Shown piece by piece: positions 29,820 through 43,100 of a DNA stretch of 64,000 nucleotides. Below the pieces are notes generated by a model, which saw only the letters and a list, made by a program, of their open reading frames with translations, ran no database searches and was not told the origin of the DNA. Origin of the DNA: Octopus vulgaris (lineage: Eukaryota); contig OX597818.1 in NCBI GenBank assembly GCA_951406725.2, positions 114,886,001 through 114,950,000 of the forward strand, in the 5' to 3' direction. Both the position numbers and the translations under genes were made by a program. Position 1 is the stretch's first letter, and every line of letters begins with the position of its first letter.

Positions 29820-30240
29820 TTTTCTTTTGTTCCAGTCATTTTGACTGCTGCCATACTGGAGCACCACCTATAGTCGAACTAATCGACCGCAGGACTTATT
29901 CTTTGTAAGCCTAGTACTTATTCTATTGGTCACTTAGGCCGAACCGCTAAGTTACGAGGACGTAAACACACCAGCATCGGTTGTCAAGCGATGGTGGTGG
30001 GGGGGGGGGCAAATACAGACACAAAACCATGAACACACACAAACACACACACACACACACACACTCACACACATATATATATATATACGATGAGCTTCTT
30101 TCAGTTTCCGTCTATCAAATCCACTCACAAGGCTTTTGTCAGGCCGTGGCTATAGTAGAAGATAATTGCCCAAGGTACCACGCAAGGGGTCTGAACCCAG
30201 AACCATGTGGTTGGTAAGCAAGCTAGCTACCTACCACGCA
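29820..30240 (-). mobile_element. SINE family A
   Basis: Full layout on the minus strand. Further partial copies at about 11180-11340, 14020-14225, 15150-15287, 15770-15940, 21745-21970, 22642-22800, 30515-30850, 31285-31386 and 42090-42240. Confidence 0.85.
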
Positions 30241-31915
30241 ATTAATTTATATAAATTTTATCAGTCTTTCTCTGGCGTTATTTGCTGAAATATTTGACCA
30301 AAGAATGATTTCCTCGTTTCCTTCTTTTAATGGCTATTATTTTGCTTTCTAAATATTTATCGACCACATTACAATCTCCTTTCTAATTCTTGTGATTCTG
30401 ATATTTACACCCACGTGGTTTTCGTAATTGCTTTTTTGTTTGTGTTGTGTCTCAGCTACGATTCTTTTGCTTTCGCAATTTGCAGAACGGCAGTAATTTC
30501 TCTTAAAATTTCTGTACCTACTTGTTTCAGTCAATTGACTGCGGCTATGCTGGAGCACCGCCTTCAAGATCTTTACACAATCCAATCTACCCTAGAACTT
30601 ATTCCTTTAAAAAAAACCGTATAGGTAATCATTATTGCAGATATGTTCTTTTTACTCTTTTACTTGTTATAGTCATTTGACTGCAGTCATGCTGGAGCAT
30701 CACCTGTAGTCGAACAAATCGACCCCAGGACTTATCCTTTGTAAGCCTAATACTTATTCTATCGGCCACTTTTGTCGAACTACTAATGTTACGGAGATGT
30801 AAACACACCGACATCTGTTGTCAAGTAACACAGACAGATAGACAGACAGACACACACACACATACACACACACACACACACACACATACATATACACAGA
30901 GTAATCAAGCATTGCGAGCGATACACATACCTCACGTGAGGGCAGCGCAAACGACAATGAGAGTTACCAAGAACAAACTAACGTATTTGGCATTGCACAA
31001 AATACATCAGCGCCATCTATTGCTGAACTAAATAATGAACTTTCTCTTCGTTCGTTTTATTGCTGTTATTTCTTTAATTTTGAATTAAGGCCGCTTTCAT
31101 TTTAGCAAATTTTATATAATACGGTCTATATCTGGCCGAAAGTATAGTTATAATCTTGCGCGTGTGCATAACTCAAACTCCTGACGTGTCAGAACAATTC
31201 TGAGTGCGGGTTCGGAATCAGCATCCTGGATTTAGTCTAAAACACCTGCTTTTACCCCAACAGCAAAATCTTTGTTGTCTAGTGTTATAGTAGAAGACAC
31301 CTGCCGAAGGTGCCACGCAGTGGTACTGAACACGAAACCTTGTGATCGAGAAGCAAGCTTCACGCCACACAGCCACGCCTGCGCCTAAGAATACTTATTT
31401 CTCAAACTTAAAGAACGTCCATTTCCACGTTTGTTTTTCTGTCTCCTGGTATTTTCTTGCCTGATCTCTTCGTATTGCTCTGTAATTTACAGGTTGTATT
31501 ATTTTATCGTTTATCAGTAACGTTTTAGTTCTTTGTTCATGATGTTAGTTCTCTGAAAGCAAGTATCGGTATAGTGTCCACCAACTAAATTACACCTCAA
31601 TCTACTAAACACACATATTCTTCACTATTGCATTCTACAGAGAACGAAAACCCTTCTTACTTCTCTCGAACTTCAAAAGATTATAATTACCTTCGGTTGT
31701 TATCAGAAAATGGAATATATATAAGGAAACAAAAAGTCGAAATCAAACCTATCATTTCTGTTAGGGTTTTCCAAAATCGCTTATACAGTAAAAGCTACAG
31801 CAAGATGTTTAACAAGATATATAACCCTGACCAATATAACTTCGTAGTATATAATCGTCTGATCTTAATACATAATAGTAGGTTTTTAATATAAAATATA
31901 CTTCTGTACATGCAT

Positions 31916-31987
<72 letters not shown>

Positions 31988-32017
31988 TATATGTGTATAT
32001 ATACTGAAACAAGTAAG

Positions 32018-32053
<36 letters not shown>

Positions 32054-32165
32054 GAGAGGGGGGGCGATGTATACAATAGTTTTGCATACATACATAGATA
32101 TATATATATATGTGTAACACTTGTAAGCACACACACACAGGAACACATACAAACATACACGCATA

Positions 32166-32200
<35 letters not shown>

Positions 32201-33522
32201 TTGTATGTGTGTGTCTGTGTGTGTCTGTGTGTGTCTGTGTGTGTCTGTATGTGTTTGTGTTTGTGTGTAAAACCGCGTTTTTTGTAACGTATTGAAGTTT
32301 GGACTGGCATAACATTTACCCCACCCACCCAACACTGGATGGGTTGCCTGCGTTTTCACTGACCACTCTAAAAACTTCAGAAATTTCCCGAGAATCTACA
32401 CTAAACTATTCAGATCTGGTTTCACACTTGCATCTTCCATTGAGAGCATCAATCTTTGTTAATATTGACAAATATTTGAGGACATAAAATTCTAAATTGA
32501 GCTCCTGTGGAGATATCATATTATTTTATTAAGCTTCAGGCTTTAACCTATCTTGGTCTCTCGCCAACATAGATTAAGTTAAACATTTCGATAGCCATGG
32601 CATGTGGTCAGCGTCCTGGCGAGAAAGATAGTCATTGTCCACAGTTTGGTTTGTTACTGAATAACAGATTGTGGCAAGAAGTGTTATTGGAATCTGTTCA
32701 AATGTTTCCTTATTTCTATTCCAGCATAATTTTGCTCTTAGCAAACAAACATTATTCCAAGATGAGACAGGTGTGGCTGTAGGAAAAACAATTTAATTCC
32801 TGGCGCCAAAAGAGACCATCTTCCCGGATACTTAATTCACTTCGAATTACAACTAACTCACCTTGTCTACTTTTACTTTGACTAGACAGTTGATACCAGC
32901 TTTACGTATTGCTGTTTTAAGATCATTGTTTTCAGTTTATTTAGGTTTCTTTTTTATTATTATTATTTCCATTTACAAGTCGTAAATCTTCACGTTTATC
33001 TGAAATAATTCCAAATCTCTCTAGCTTCTGCCTGCAAATTGACTGATAAAAAGAATCGCTCTAAAACCTTAATTAATTTAAATTTTCAATTTAGATTCAA
33101 AAGAGACTATAACTAAGAAAGATAAAAGAAACAATAAAAATAAAGACGAAATGACAGATGAAAAAATACAAAGTACGAAGACGTTATTAGTCATGCGAAG
33201 CTTTTTAACAGCATCAAATCTCGTTTTCCACCACCGCATAACATTCAGTCTTAATGTCCTGTATTTTAGATACGACATGAATGATTCTTAAATATTTATA
33301 CCGATAGTGTTCTAGCTGTCAGTTGTTGGTGGGAACATATGTCATGAGAAGAATCTGTATTCTTCAAATGCAAAGAAAAACCCACATTAATAAGGAGAGA
33401 CGGCGGGAAACAGATTAAGAATAAGAGATTAAAATCAAGAAAAATGAAAGATCAACAAAATATTCTCCAGTTACTGCAAATTATAGTAGTAATTATAAAC
33501 GTATACGCACATAAATACAGAT

Positions 33523-33596
<74 letters not shown>

Positions 33597-33777
33597 TATA
33601 TATATACATATTTGTGTATGTGTTTTTGTGCTTATGTGTGTCTGTGTGTGTGCAGATATGGTTTCACCAGGGCGATGAATTACAGGACTTATTAATAAAG
33701 TAGAGTATTTCTTTAATATGTTATGACTGAAAGGTTCCAGTAAGTGTGTATGTGTGTATATTATACACACAAACACA

Positions 33778-33990
33778 CCTGGCAGAATCGTTAGCACGCC
33801 GGGCAAAAAGCTTAGCGGTATTTCGTCTGCCGTTACGTTCTGAGTTCAAATTCTGCCGAGGTCAACTTTGCCATTCATCCTTTCGGGGTCGATTAAATAA
33901 GTACCAGTTACGCACTGGGGTGGTTGTATCGACTTAATCCCTTTCTCTATCCCTTGTTTGTCTCCTCTATGTGCAATAAAGAAATAAATA
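33778..33990 (+). mobile_element. SINE family B monomer
   Basis: CTGGCAGAATCGTTAGCACGCCGGGC head and core. Confidence 0.85.
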
Positions 33991-34000
33991 CACACACACA

Positions 34001-34060
<60 letters not shown>

Positions 34061-34139
34061 TATATATATATATGTTTATATATATAATATACATATTTAT
34101 AATCACGCATATGTATATATACGTTTATGAATTTGTATA

Positions 34140-34345
34140 GCAAGATCGTGAGTTGAAACAGATATAGTTGTATTTCGGGATGGTCATTTTATTTTATTTT
34201 ATTTATGATTTTTTTTACCAAAATAAACACACGCACTCTATATTCGTTCTTCACTCGTTTATTAATGTTCTTATCTTAACTCATGTCCACTGTCCGGAGA
34301 TCTTCCGTCACACATCTGTGACCTCTTCAGTGCAACTTCTTGTCT
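34140..34345 (-). mobile_element. repeat with hammerhead-like motif, family H2
   Basis: Reverse complement of 54520-54720; CTGAAGA-G-GTCACA-GATG-TGTGAC-GGAAG. Confidence 0.6.
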
Positions 34346-34370
34346 TCGTGCCCTAGCTCCACTTATTTCA

Positions 34371-34417
<47 letters not shown>

Positions 34418-34541
34418 CATCTTCTGTTTTTCATTTCCTATAAAAGATCACTCTGAAAGTGACAGTGTTTTAACAGTAAGCTACCAGGTATATATACCTA
34501 TATACACATACATACATATACGTATACACATATATATATAA

Positions 34542-34625
<84 letters not shown>

Positions 34626-34820
34626 TAGTAAGAAGTGAAAAAACTACAGAAGGCTTAAAGGTTAAAAAATATATATATTTGCGTCAATATGTCTGAAGAA
34701 TATTAAAAAAATTTTTCTTACAATGACATAATTTAGAAGAAAGCCCGGTTTCGCGTTTAGCTTTTCAAATTTCTTGCGACATTATGTTTATCTTGAACAG
34801 AGTTATCTTTATGTTTATCT

Positions 34821-35397
34821 TTAAAATAGTTCTAAATAAGGGGAGGTAATAAGTGATTTCTTCCGGTGTAAGGGAGATAATCGCTTAAAATTTTTTAAAT
34901 TTTTTTTTCCTTTCCCTTGGTGTGAATTTCTCTGTATCAGTATGTTGGCATGGTTAAGTCTGGGCTTGTACTTTTCAATGAAGAATGTTTCCTTGTTTAG
35001 TCTAATTTGTGTTGATGATCCGATAGCACATTGGTAAAATGGAAAGATTAAACATTGTGGTCGTAGTTGCGTTGCGCATTTCTCAATGTGCTCACTAAAA
35101 GGTATCGTTCTGTATTCTGGGAATGCAATCTGTTGTCGATGCAGTGTGCATCTACGTCTGAGTGATAGTCCCATGGATCCCACGTAGTCTTGGTGGCAGC
35201 CCGAGCATTTTATGACATAAATTATGTTTTCAGAGGCACAAGTAAAGTTAGATTTGATCTTGAATTTCTGTCCCTCTTTAAAGAGGAATTCTGATCCTTC
35301 TAGCAGGTTTGGACATGTTGCACAGTTCGATCTACCACATTTTTTTACTTTTGCATCCGTAATTTCAGAAAACAATTTTGCCTTTGTGAGAATCTTT
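34821..35397 (-). pseudogene. 5'-truncated PLE GIY-YIG endonuclease domain with Cys-rich linker
   Basis: KCGRSNCATC linker; NFTCASENIIYVIKCSGCHQDYVGS..SLRRRCTLH..FSEH..RLNKETFFIEKYKPRLN fits the GIY-YIG with CCHH motif of Penelope-like elements. The CxxxxCxxC linker suggests the Neptune type. No RT is present. Confidence 0.85.
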
Positions 35398-35824
35398 CGG
35401 GCTGCCACCAAGACTACGTGGGATCCACGGGACTATCACTCAGACGTAGATGCACACTGCATCGACAACAGATTGCATTCCCAGAATACAGAATGATACC
35501 TTTTAGTGAGCACATTGAGAAATGCGCAAAGCAACTACAACCACAATTTTTAATCTTTCCATTTTACCAATGTGCTATCGGATCATCAACACAAATTAGA
35601 CTAAACAAGGAAACATTCTTCATTGAAAAGTACAAGCCCAGACTTAACCATGCCAACATACTGATACAGAGAAATTCACACCAAGGGAAAGGAGAAAAAT
35701 TTTTTTTAATTTTAAGCGATTATCTCCCTTACACCGGAAGAAATCACTCATTACCTCCCCTTATTTAGAACTCTTTTAAACATAAACATAAAGATAACTC
35801 TGTTCAAGATAAACATAACGTCGC

Positions 35825-35863
35825 AAGAAATTTGAAAAGCTAAACACGAAACCGGTCTTTCTT
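35825..35863 (+). ncRNA. minimal hammerhead-like motif with U3-A8 core variant
   Basis: AAGAAA-t-TTGAAAA-GC-TAAAC-AC-GAAA-CCGG-TC-TTTCTT. The mirror copy at about 34737-34775 has an intact GC/GC stem II. Confidence 0.55.
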
Positions 35864-36014
35864 CTAAACTATGTCATTGTAAGAAAAAATTTTTTAATCT
35901 TCTTCAGACATATTGACGCAAATATATATATTTTTTAACCTTTAAGCCTTCTGTAGTTTTTCACTTCTTGCTATTTTCTATATATTCAACCACGTGCTTT
36001 TACAAACCAACTTT

Positions 36015-36069
<55 letters not shown>

Positions 36070-36070
<1 letters not shown>

Positions 36071-36255
36071 GAGAACTTACAATAAAACAAAAGACGAAGA
36101 CGGGTGTGTAAACAACAAACAGATGTATTAGTTTAACGCTCGGCAAGTTAGAAAGTCTTTTACGTTTCGAGCCTACGCTCTTCGTCAGAAAGGAACACAG
36201 AAATGAACAGGGAGAGAAAATAGAAAAAGGTATAACAAAAATCGTACTGCAGACG
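36070..36255 (-). mobile_element. family H1 repeat with intact minimal hammerhead
   Basis: Minus strand 36157-36192 reads CTTT-CTGACGA-a-GAGC-GTAG-GCTC-GAAA-CG-TA-AAAG. The 3' end abuts (TA)n. Confidence 0.75.
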
Positions 36256-36265
36256 TACACATATA

Positions 36266-36430
36266 AGCGCAGGAATCGCTGTGTGGTAAGGTGCTTGCTT
36301 ACCAACCACATGGTTCCGGGTTCTGTCCCACTGCGTGGCACCTTGGGCAAGTGTCTTCTACTATAGCCTCGGGCTGACCAAAGCCTTGTGAGTAGATTTG
36401 GTAGACGGAAACTGAAAGAAGCCCGTCATA

Positions 36431-36479
<49 letters not shown>

Positions 36480-36700
36480 ATGTCTGTCTGTCTGTTTCCA
36501 ACCACTCCAACATCGCTTGACATCGGAATCTGGTGTGTTTACGTCCTCGTAACTTAGCGGTTCGGCAATAAGAAACCGATAGAATAAATACTAGGCTTAC
36601 AAAAAATAAGTCCTTAGATCGATTTGCTCGACTTAAAGGTCGTGCTGCAGCATGGCCGCAGTCAGATGACTGAAACAAGTAAAAGAATAAAAGAACAAAA
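36266..36700 (+). mobile_element. SINE family A, full length
   Basis: GCGCAGGAATCGCTGTGTGGTAAG head to the GAAACAAGTAAAAGAATAAAAG tail. Confidence 0.9.
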
Positions 36701-38174
36701 GGATAATAGAATATAGGCAACAATTGCCGGCTCTGCCTCCTACTCTTCCCTTCTATCACATCTACCTCTGTTAATACTCTCTACTTATATACTCTCTACT
36801 CCTATTCTTTACTATAAATAACTCTCTACACCTAAGATATCTCTCACCATATCTCAACATACTTCATACTTAAAAATACTCTACTTCTCTTACTCTCCAC
36901 TCCTCTGATTCTCTCGCTAACTTCTCTTCCTCTGCAATGCTTCTTCTTTACCTCTCTGTTTCTTCTTCCTAGTTCTTTTCACCAATATCTCATTCATTAT
37001 CTTTCTACTTAAGTGTTTTCATATTTCACTCGTCTATTCTAACAGCATTTTGCAAATTTTTATATCGTTTTATGTAGTCTAATTTCTTGCTCGTTTTCTA
37101 TGTGTTAGAATTGTTTTGTTTTTTTTTCTTAAATGAAGTTTGGGTGGCTGAATAATTAAATGTAGAGTTTACTATCGAATCATTACTTGTGTGTGTCTGT
37201 GTGTACGTGTATGTGTGTATGTGTGTACGTGTATGTGTGTATGTGCGCATGTGTGTGTGTGCGTGCGTGTGTGTATATATGTGTGTGTGTGGATTATGCT
37301 ATAAGATCAGGTAGTCGCGCAAATATAAAACAAATAAACTTAAGTTTGCGCATAGGTGTATGAGTCTACACACACATGTAGAATTTTTGTATGCATATAT
37401 ATATAGTTCATACACATGTCGTTTGTTTTTCTGTGGCCTTTCACACCGGCCATTTTTTAGATATCCACCCACCTTTCAACAAATTTGCTAGAAAGCAACA
37501 ATTCTCTTTCCACCATCACTTTTTATGAGGTCTTGGCCAAAGATGAAAGTGTCTGTCTTTAGCAATTTCAAACGTGTCTACCATACAACCTTTTTTGCTA
37601 CAGCCACCAGACAAATAAAAACTGTCTGCCTCTCCCGGCCAAAGGAGGGGGCGGGGAAATCTTCACTATAGATTCAGCTGATAGCTGAATAATGACTGTC
37701 ATGATGCAATACCAAGTCCTGGTATTCATGGCTCCTTATCTTAACTGCTTAGAAGTGTTACCATGGACATTGTTTTGTCATGGTATAAAAGATGGGCTAC
37801 AGCAAATATTATACTAAATTGCGCAGATTTGCTTGTCAGTTGTTCGACCTTAACCAGTTTGAGCATGTTCTTTGGTGGCTGACTATATGTCCATCTCTGA
37901 TAACGAGCAGAAGTAGTGGGGGGGACATCATAGCCATGTGTTGAGATGAATTTTTGGGAGTTTGAATAATTCACCTCTGGAAACATGGCGTATCTTGTTC
38001 GACATCTCTAAACAAATCTTATTTAAGCACCTTTTGAGCGGGATGGGTCCCACCTGCAAGGTCATATGCTGTTTATCTTTATATAAGATCACCATGTCGC
38101 ACACATATGGTTGTGATGCATGTTCCTTGTGTACCCTTATCAGACGGGTAGCCATGATTGGTATTAATCATAAA

Positions 38175-38384
<210 letters not shown>

Positions 38385-38391
<7 letters not shown>

Positions 38392-38690
38392 GATGTAAGT
38401 GTTCCCACTGATGAAAATATATCTGTAAAGGAATTTGACAATTTAAGTAAATATAAGGACCTAGAAATTGAAATACAAACGATGTTGCATCTTAAAGCGA
38501 GAACTGTTCCTGTTATTGTGGGTGCCCTAGGTATGATAAGAAAGGGATGTCAGAAATATCTAAATAATATCCAGGAGAACCATGTCTCAGAGAAATCCAA
38601 CAGGTTGTGCTGACAGGTACTGCTTACATCCTTAGAAACAACAAGAAAAATTACCCCCTAAAGATTACGTAATGTAACTTGAGGTCAACC
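38385..38690 (+). mobile_element. R4/Dong-like non-LTR retrotransposon 3' fragment (restriction-like endonuclease)
   Basis: IDVSVPTDENISVKEFDNLSKYKDLEIEIQTMLHLKARTVPVIVGALG matches the C-terminal half of RLE domains. It begins directly after (AAT)n. Confidence 0.8.
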
Positions 38691-38779
38691 CCACCACGAA
38701 TAATTAGGGTTTATCCTGCTCTATCCAAGGATTGAAGTCTGCCAGCTTTCAATTTCTTCTGTCTTTCATAGAAAAGCAG

Positions 38780-39290
38780 ATTCAATTGAAATCCATTCAT
38801 CCACATCACTCTTGCCTCTTTCACCTGTCCTTCGATAAACACACTACCAATCAGCAACTGCTTCTCTACTCTTACCTTCCTCTTCGAGTGGCACTTGAAG
38901 AAGTTAACCTGTTTAAAAATACAACTTCAGTCTTTTGGATCAGAACACCATTGCATCATTTTCGGTACAATCACGAGGCAAAGATTCCTTTCTAAACCAA
39001 AGCAAAATAGGACGTCAATTTCCACTCGACTGGATTCGTCCCACATGCGACAACAGTTTTCCCACACGAGTCAACAAGACAACAAATCGCTGATGCACAG
39101 CCAATGGGCGATGGAGACGTGCACGAGTGCTTTGTCCCCTACACGTATCACGAACACTTTCGGTTTTTGGTGCTTTCATGCTTGTAAAACATCTTGCATG
39201 CAGATAATGCTTCCTGATAATGCCAAAGTCCTTTCAAAATTCTTCTTGGTCCTCGACGTGACAGTCCTCCACAAGAAGCTGTTCCCACTA
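38780..39290 (-). mobile_element. second, decayed L1/Tx1-like ORF2 C-terminal fragment
   Basis: Minus-strand peptides LLSHVGRIQ and VNFFKCHSKRKVRVE align with 17880-18290. Confidence 0.55.
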
Positions 39291-39330
39291 TTCTCCTCGC
39301 CACACAGAGTCTCTCACAGGCCAACTTTAC

Positions 39331-39562
39331 CTATTTCTTTATTACCCACAAGGGGCTAAACATAGAGGGGACAAACAAGGATAGACATAGGTATTAAGTC
39401 GATTACATCGACCCCAGTGCGTAACTGATACTTAATTTATCGACCCCGAAAGGATGAAAGGCAAAGTCGACCTCGGCGGAATTTGAACTCAGAACGTAGC
39501 AGAAGACGAAATACGGTTCAGCATTTCGCCCGCCGTGCTAACGCTTCTGCCATCTCGCCGCC
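39331..39562 (-). mobile_element. SINE family B monomer
   Basis: Near-consensus reverse complement of family B. Confidence 0.9.
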
Positions 39563-39863
39563 TCAGGCCAACATTACCCACACCCTCAACTTACCCACTA
39601 TAGAAATCTAGGGCTCTTTTCACATCACCCGCATTTCCCATCCGGTCTAGTGTTGTCATCCTCTAAAATCTTAACTCGTGTTTGAGGCTCGGTCAAGGAA
39701 TGAGCCGCCAAACGACATGCAACACTAAAGACATCCACAAGCGTTCGCTAATTTACTTCATTTTCACTATCACATATGATACATACACTAGACTGGCCTA
39801 AATAACGTGTGTGCGTGTGCGTGTATTTGTGTATGTGTGTATAGTCGATTGTACGCATATGTA

Positions 39864-39992
39864 GGGCGGCGAGCTGGCAGAATCGTTAGCACACCGGGCG
39901 AAATGCATAACAGTATTTCGTCTGCGGCTACGTTCTGAGTTCAAATTCTGCCGAGGTCGACTTTGCCTTGCATCCTTTGGGGCTCGATAAAT
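39864..39992 (+). mobile_element. SINE family B, truncated by gap
   Basis: GGCGGCGAGCTGGCAGAATCGTTAGC head running into Ns. Confidence 0.85.
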
Positions 39993-40092
39993 NNNNNNNN
40001 NNNNNNNNNNNNNNNNNNNNNNNNNNNNNNNNNNNNNNNNNNNNNNNNNNNNNNNNNNNNNNNNNNNNNNNNNNNNNNNNNNNNNNNNNNNN
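39993..40092. other. assembly gap (100 N)
   Basis: Run of n characters. Confidence 1.
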
Positions 40093-40827
40093 GGCTTTAC
40101 AAAGAATAAGTCCTTGAGGTCGATTTGCCGACTAAAGGCGGTGCTGCATGGCCACAGTCAAATGACTGAAACAATGTAAACAAGAGATAAAATGTGTATC
40201 TGCAATATCCCACAACATTTATTTGTATCAGATATTTATCAGTGTCAAAGATTAGTTTGTGTTTTCTTGATTTCTTTCTTTTGGAGACAATATTAGGAAT
40301 GTTAACATTGTCCAAAGAGTCTCACACATTTGTTTATATATTTATTTTAAAAGCATGGTCATTGAGGTTAATATTGCTTGCTTGGCAACGTCGTATGCAT
40401 ATGCTTTAGAGTTCAATACCATTGCCCAGCAGTTTAAGTGTCTTCTGCTATAGACCTGTACCTACCAACAATTTTTGAAAGCGAATATGCTTGAAGGAAA
40501 CCATGCGGTTTCTATTGCGCTGACAAAATTGCGCTTGCGCGGTGGATTTGAAAAATTATAATGTACAAGAAGAGGCACATGCTGGATTTGCCTTGTACTT
40601 ATATGTTTGATCTAGGCATACCTGTTGATGAAGACTTCGCCTGGCAAATTATTTTATTTGCTAAAAAAGTCTGAAAACCATGGTCCAGGTAATAGTTGGT
40701 AAATGTTTTTATTATTCACTCTGAAATTACTATCCCTAATTAGTGGTTTGGACTTAAGACTGTTCCTTCTAGCTGACCATCTTAATGCATTTAAGTGTAC
40801 ATTTATCATATATATATATATAATTGT

Positions 40828-41443
40828 AATCACAATAAGGGTGAAAAAAATTGAATATTAATTAATAACATCAATTTAAAACACCAAGTGGCCTAGCGTA
40901 TAAAGACTGGGATACAGTAAAAATTATTAATACAAGTAATGAGAGAGTCCACATGTGGTCACTCTAACGCTAGATATAGATCCACGAAGGGAATCCACCA
41001 CTAAAGAATTGTTCTCAAGAATTAGTTCAACGCGCCAAGAATGTAAGCGAGCAGGACAAATGAAAAATAACGAAAAATAGATTAACTCTATACAATTGTT
41101 TCACCGTTAATAGATTGTGTAATTTTACTTACATAATCATTTTCGATCTTCAGTAGAGTATACCAAAAAAATATAATTTGCTGAGTCGAACGCCAACATT
41201 CACACGAAGCCGAACAAAGGCGAATGGCACAGCCGATTATATCTGCAGTTACGTTCAAATATCCTCATTCTCACGCGCTAAACCCGGATGTAAATACTAC
41301 CCCAGTAATTTACTGCCGGTTTGAGAACATATTAATTTATAATTAAAATCACAATAAGGGTGAAAAAATTGAATATTAATTAATAACATCAATTTAAACA
41401 CCAAGTGGCCTAGCGTATAAAAACTGGGATACAGTAAAAATTA

Positions 41444-41449
<6 letters not shown>
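40828..41449 (-). mobile_element. retrozyme-like non-coding element, about 519-bp monomer with about 105-bp terminal redundancy
   Basis: 40828-40932 is directly repeated at 41347-41449. Internal hammerhead; (TA)n on both sides; no listed ORF. Confidence 0.8.
41085..41159 (-). ncRNA. type I hammerhead ribozyme
   Basis: ACTCTA-CTGAAGA-[imperfect long stem II]-GAAA-CAATTG-TA-TAGAGT: perfect 6-bp stem I, palindromic stem III, GUA site. Confidence 0.8.
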
Positions 41450-41505
<56 letters not shown>

Positions 41506-41722
41506 ACAAACACAAAGCATGTGGGTTTAGTTCACAGTGATGAAGCGATTATACGCAAGGCACACTATGTGTCTGTAACGGACCTGCTAGGGATCCAAGA
41601 TTATCCCCGAGACGGAAGTTAGGAGCCATTGCAGATTTCCGATGCACCAGACATAATTGTTAAAGTATGTATTCAGTATCTTATGTGCAGGGCAGTAAAA
41701 CATCCATGTAAGTCATATGACG

Positions 41723-41908
41723 TTATTATTATTATTGCATAGAAATTAGAGTCAATGTCTTACAGCTGTTTGGATATTCTTGTCATCGGAAACAAATAGG
41801 GAAAATGAGAAGGGTATAGATAATTATTTGTTCTGATGACGAATATCTTATACTTTGAGATATTCCAAGAACAGTTGTATGACTGAACTCCTTTCCAATA
41901 ATAATAAT
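41723..41908. repeat. degenerate inverted pair of hammerhead-like remnants
   Basis: TACAGCTGTTTGGATATTCTTGTCATCGGAAACAAATA mirrors TATTTGTTCTGATGACGAATATC..GAACAGTTGTA. Confidence 0.45.
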
Positions 41909-41963
41909 GTATACGGCTTGAGATATTTGCCCTGGCTTAACTTTTGCTGGTCCCCCACAACAA

Positions 41964-42076
<113 letters not shown>

Positions 42077-42234
42077 TTATAGTTGATTACGTATGCTATG
42101 TGGTTAAGAAATACTCTTCACAACCTCGTGGTTTGGGTTCAGTCCTACTGCGCCGCACCTTAGGCAAGGGCCATTTACTGTAGCGGACTGATGTCTTATG
42201 AGTGAATTCTGGACGGAAACTCTGTGGAAGCCCG

Positions 42235-42268
<34 letters not shown>

Positions 42269-42524
42269 CCGTATGTGTCATCCCACATTGACAGTCCAAC
42301 GCCAACAATACTTAAGATTCGGCGAAAAACTGATGGCAAATACGAAACTTAAAGAAAATAGGATAATCTTGGCCTATTTATTTTATGAAACCGTTCATGA
42401 CTCCGGACGGTAGTCCAATGACTGCATCAAGAACATGATAAGTATCTCAGTACAAGACTCGGAATTTTCGTGCGAGGTGGGGGAACAAGTGATATATACT
42501 TTGACTTAATATTTTTACCTCTAA

Positions 42525-43100
42525 GCGGCGAGCTGTTCGTTAGCACGCCGGGCGAAATGCTTAGTGGTATTTCGTCTGCCGTTACGTTCTGAGTTCAAAT
42601 ACGCCGAGGTCGACTTTGCTATCCTTTCGGGGTCGATAAATTAATACCAGTTACGCACAGGGGTTGATGTAATCGATTTAATCCGTTTGTCTGTCTTATT
42701 GTCCCGTCATGTTTAGCCTTGTAGGTAGTAAAGAAATAGGTATTTCGTCTGCTGTTCTGAGTTCAACTTTCGCTGATATCGAGCTCTTCATCCTTTCAGG
42801 TTCGATAAATTAAGTACCAGTTACGCACTGGGGTCGATGTAATCGACTTAATCCCTTTGTCTGTCCTTGTTGTCCCCTCTATGTTTAGCCCCTTGTGAGC
42901 AATAAAGAAATAAGAAACGTTAGCGCGCTGAGCGAAATGCTTAGCATTTTTCGTCTGCTCTTACGTTCTGAGTTCAAATCTCTGATATCGACTTTGCCTT
43001 TCATCCTTTCGAGGGTCGATAAATTAAGTGCCAGTTGCGTACTGGCGTCGATCTAATCAACGTCCCCCCAAAAGTTCATTTTGTGCCTAGAATAGAAAAG
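42525..43100 (+). mobile_element. SINE family B multimer with many small deletions
   Basis: Three core units; indels relative to other copies. Confidence 0.85.

Larger units (their letters stand above)
34621..35978. mobile_element. Penelope-like element 3' end forming a head-to-head inverted duplication
   Basis: Arms 34621-35204 and 35397-35978 are near-identical reverse complements and encode a GIY-YIG domain. A (TA)n(GA)n tract abuts the left arm. Confidence 0.9.

Noticed and set aside
37700-38160. Coding-like minus-strand segment
   Set aside because: No identifiable motif; likely an unclassified repeat.
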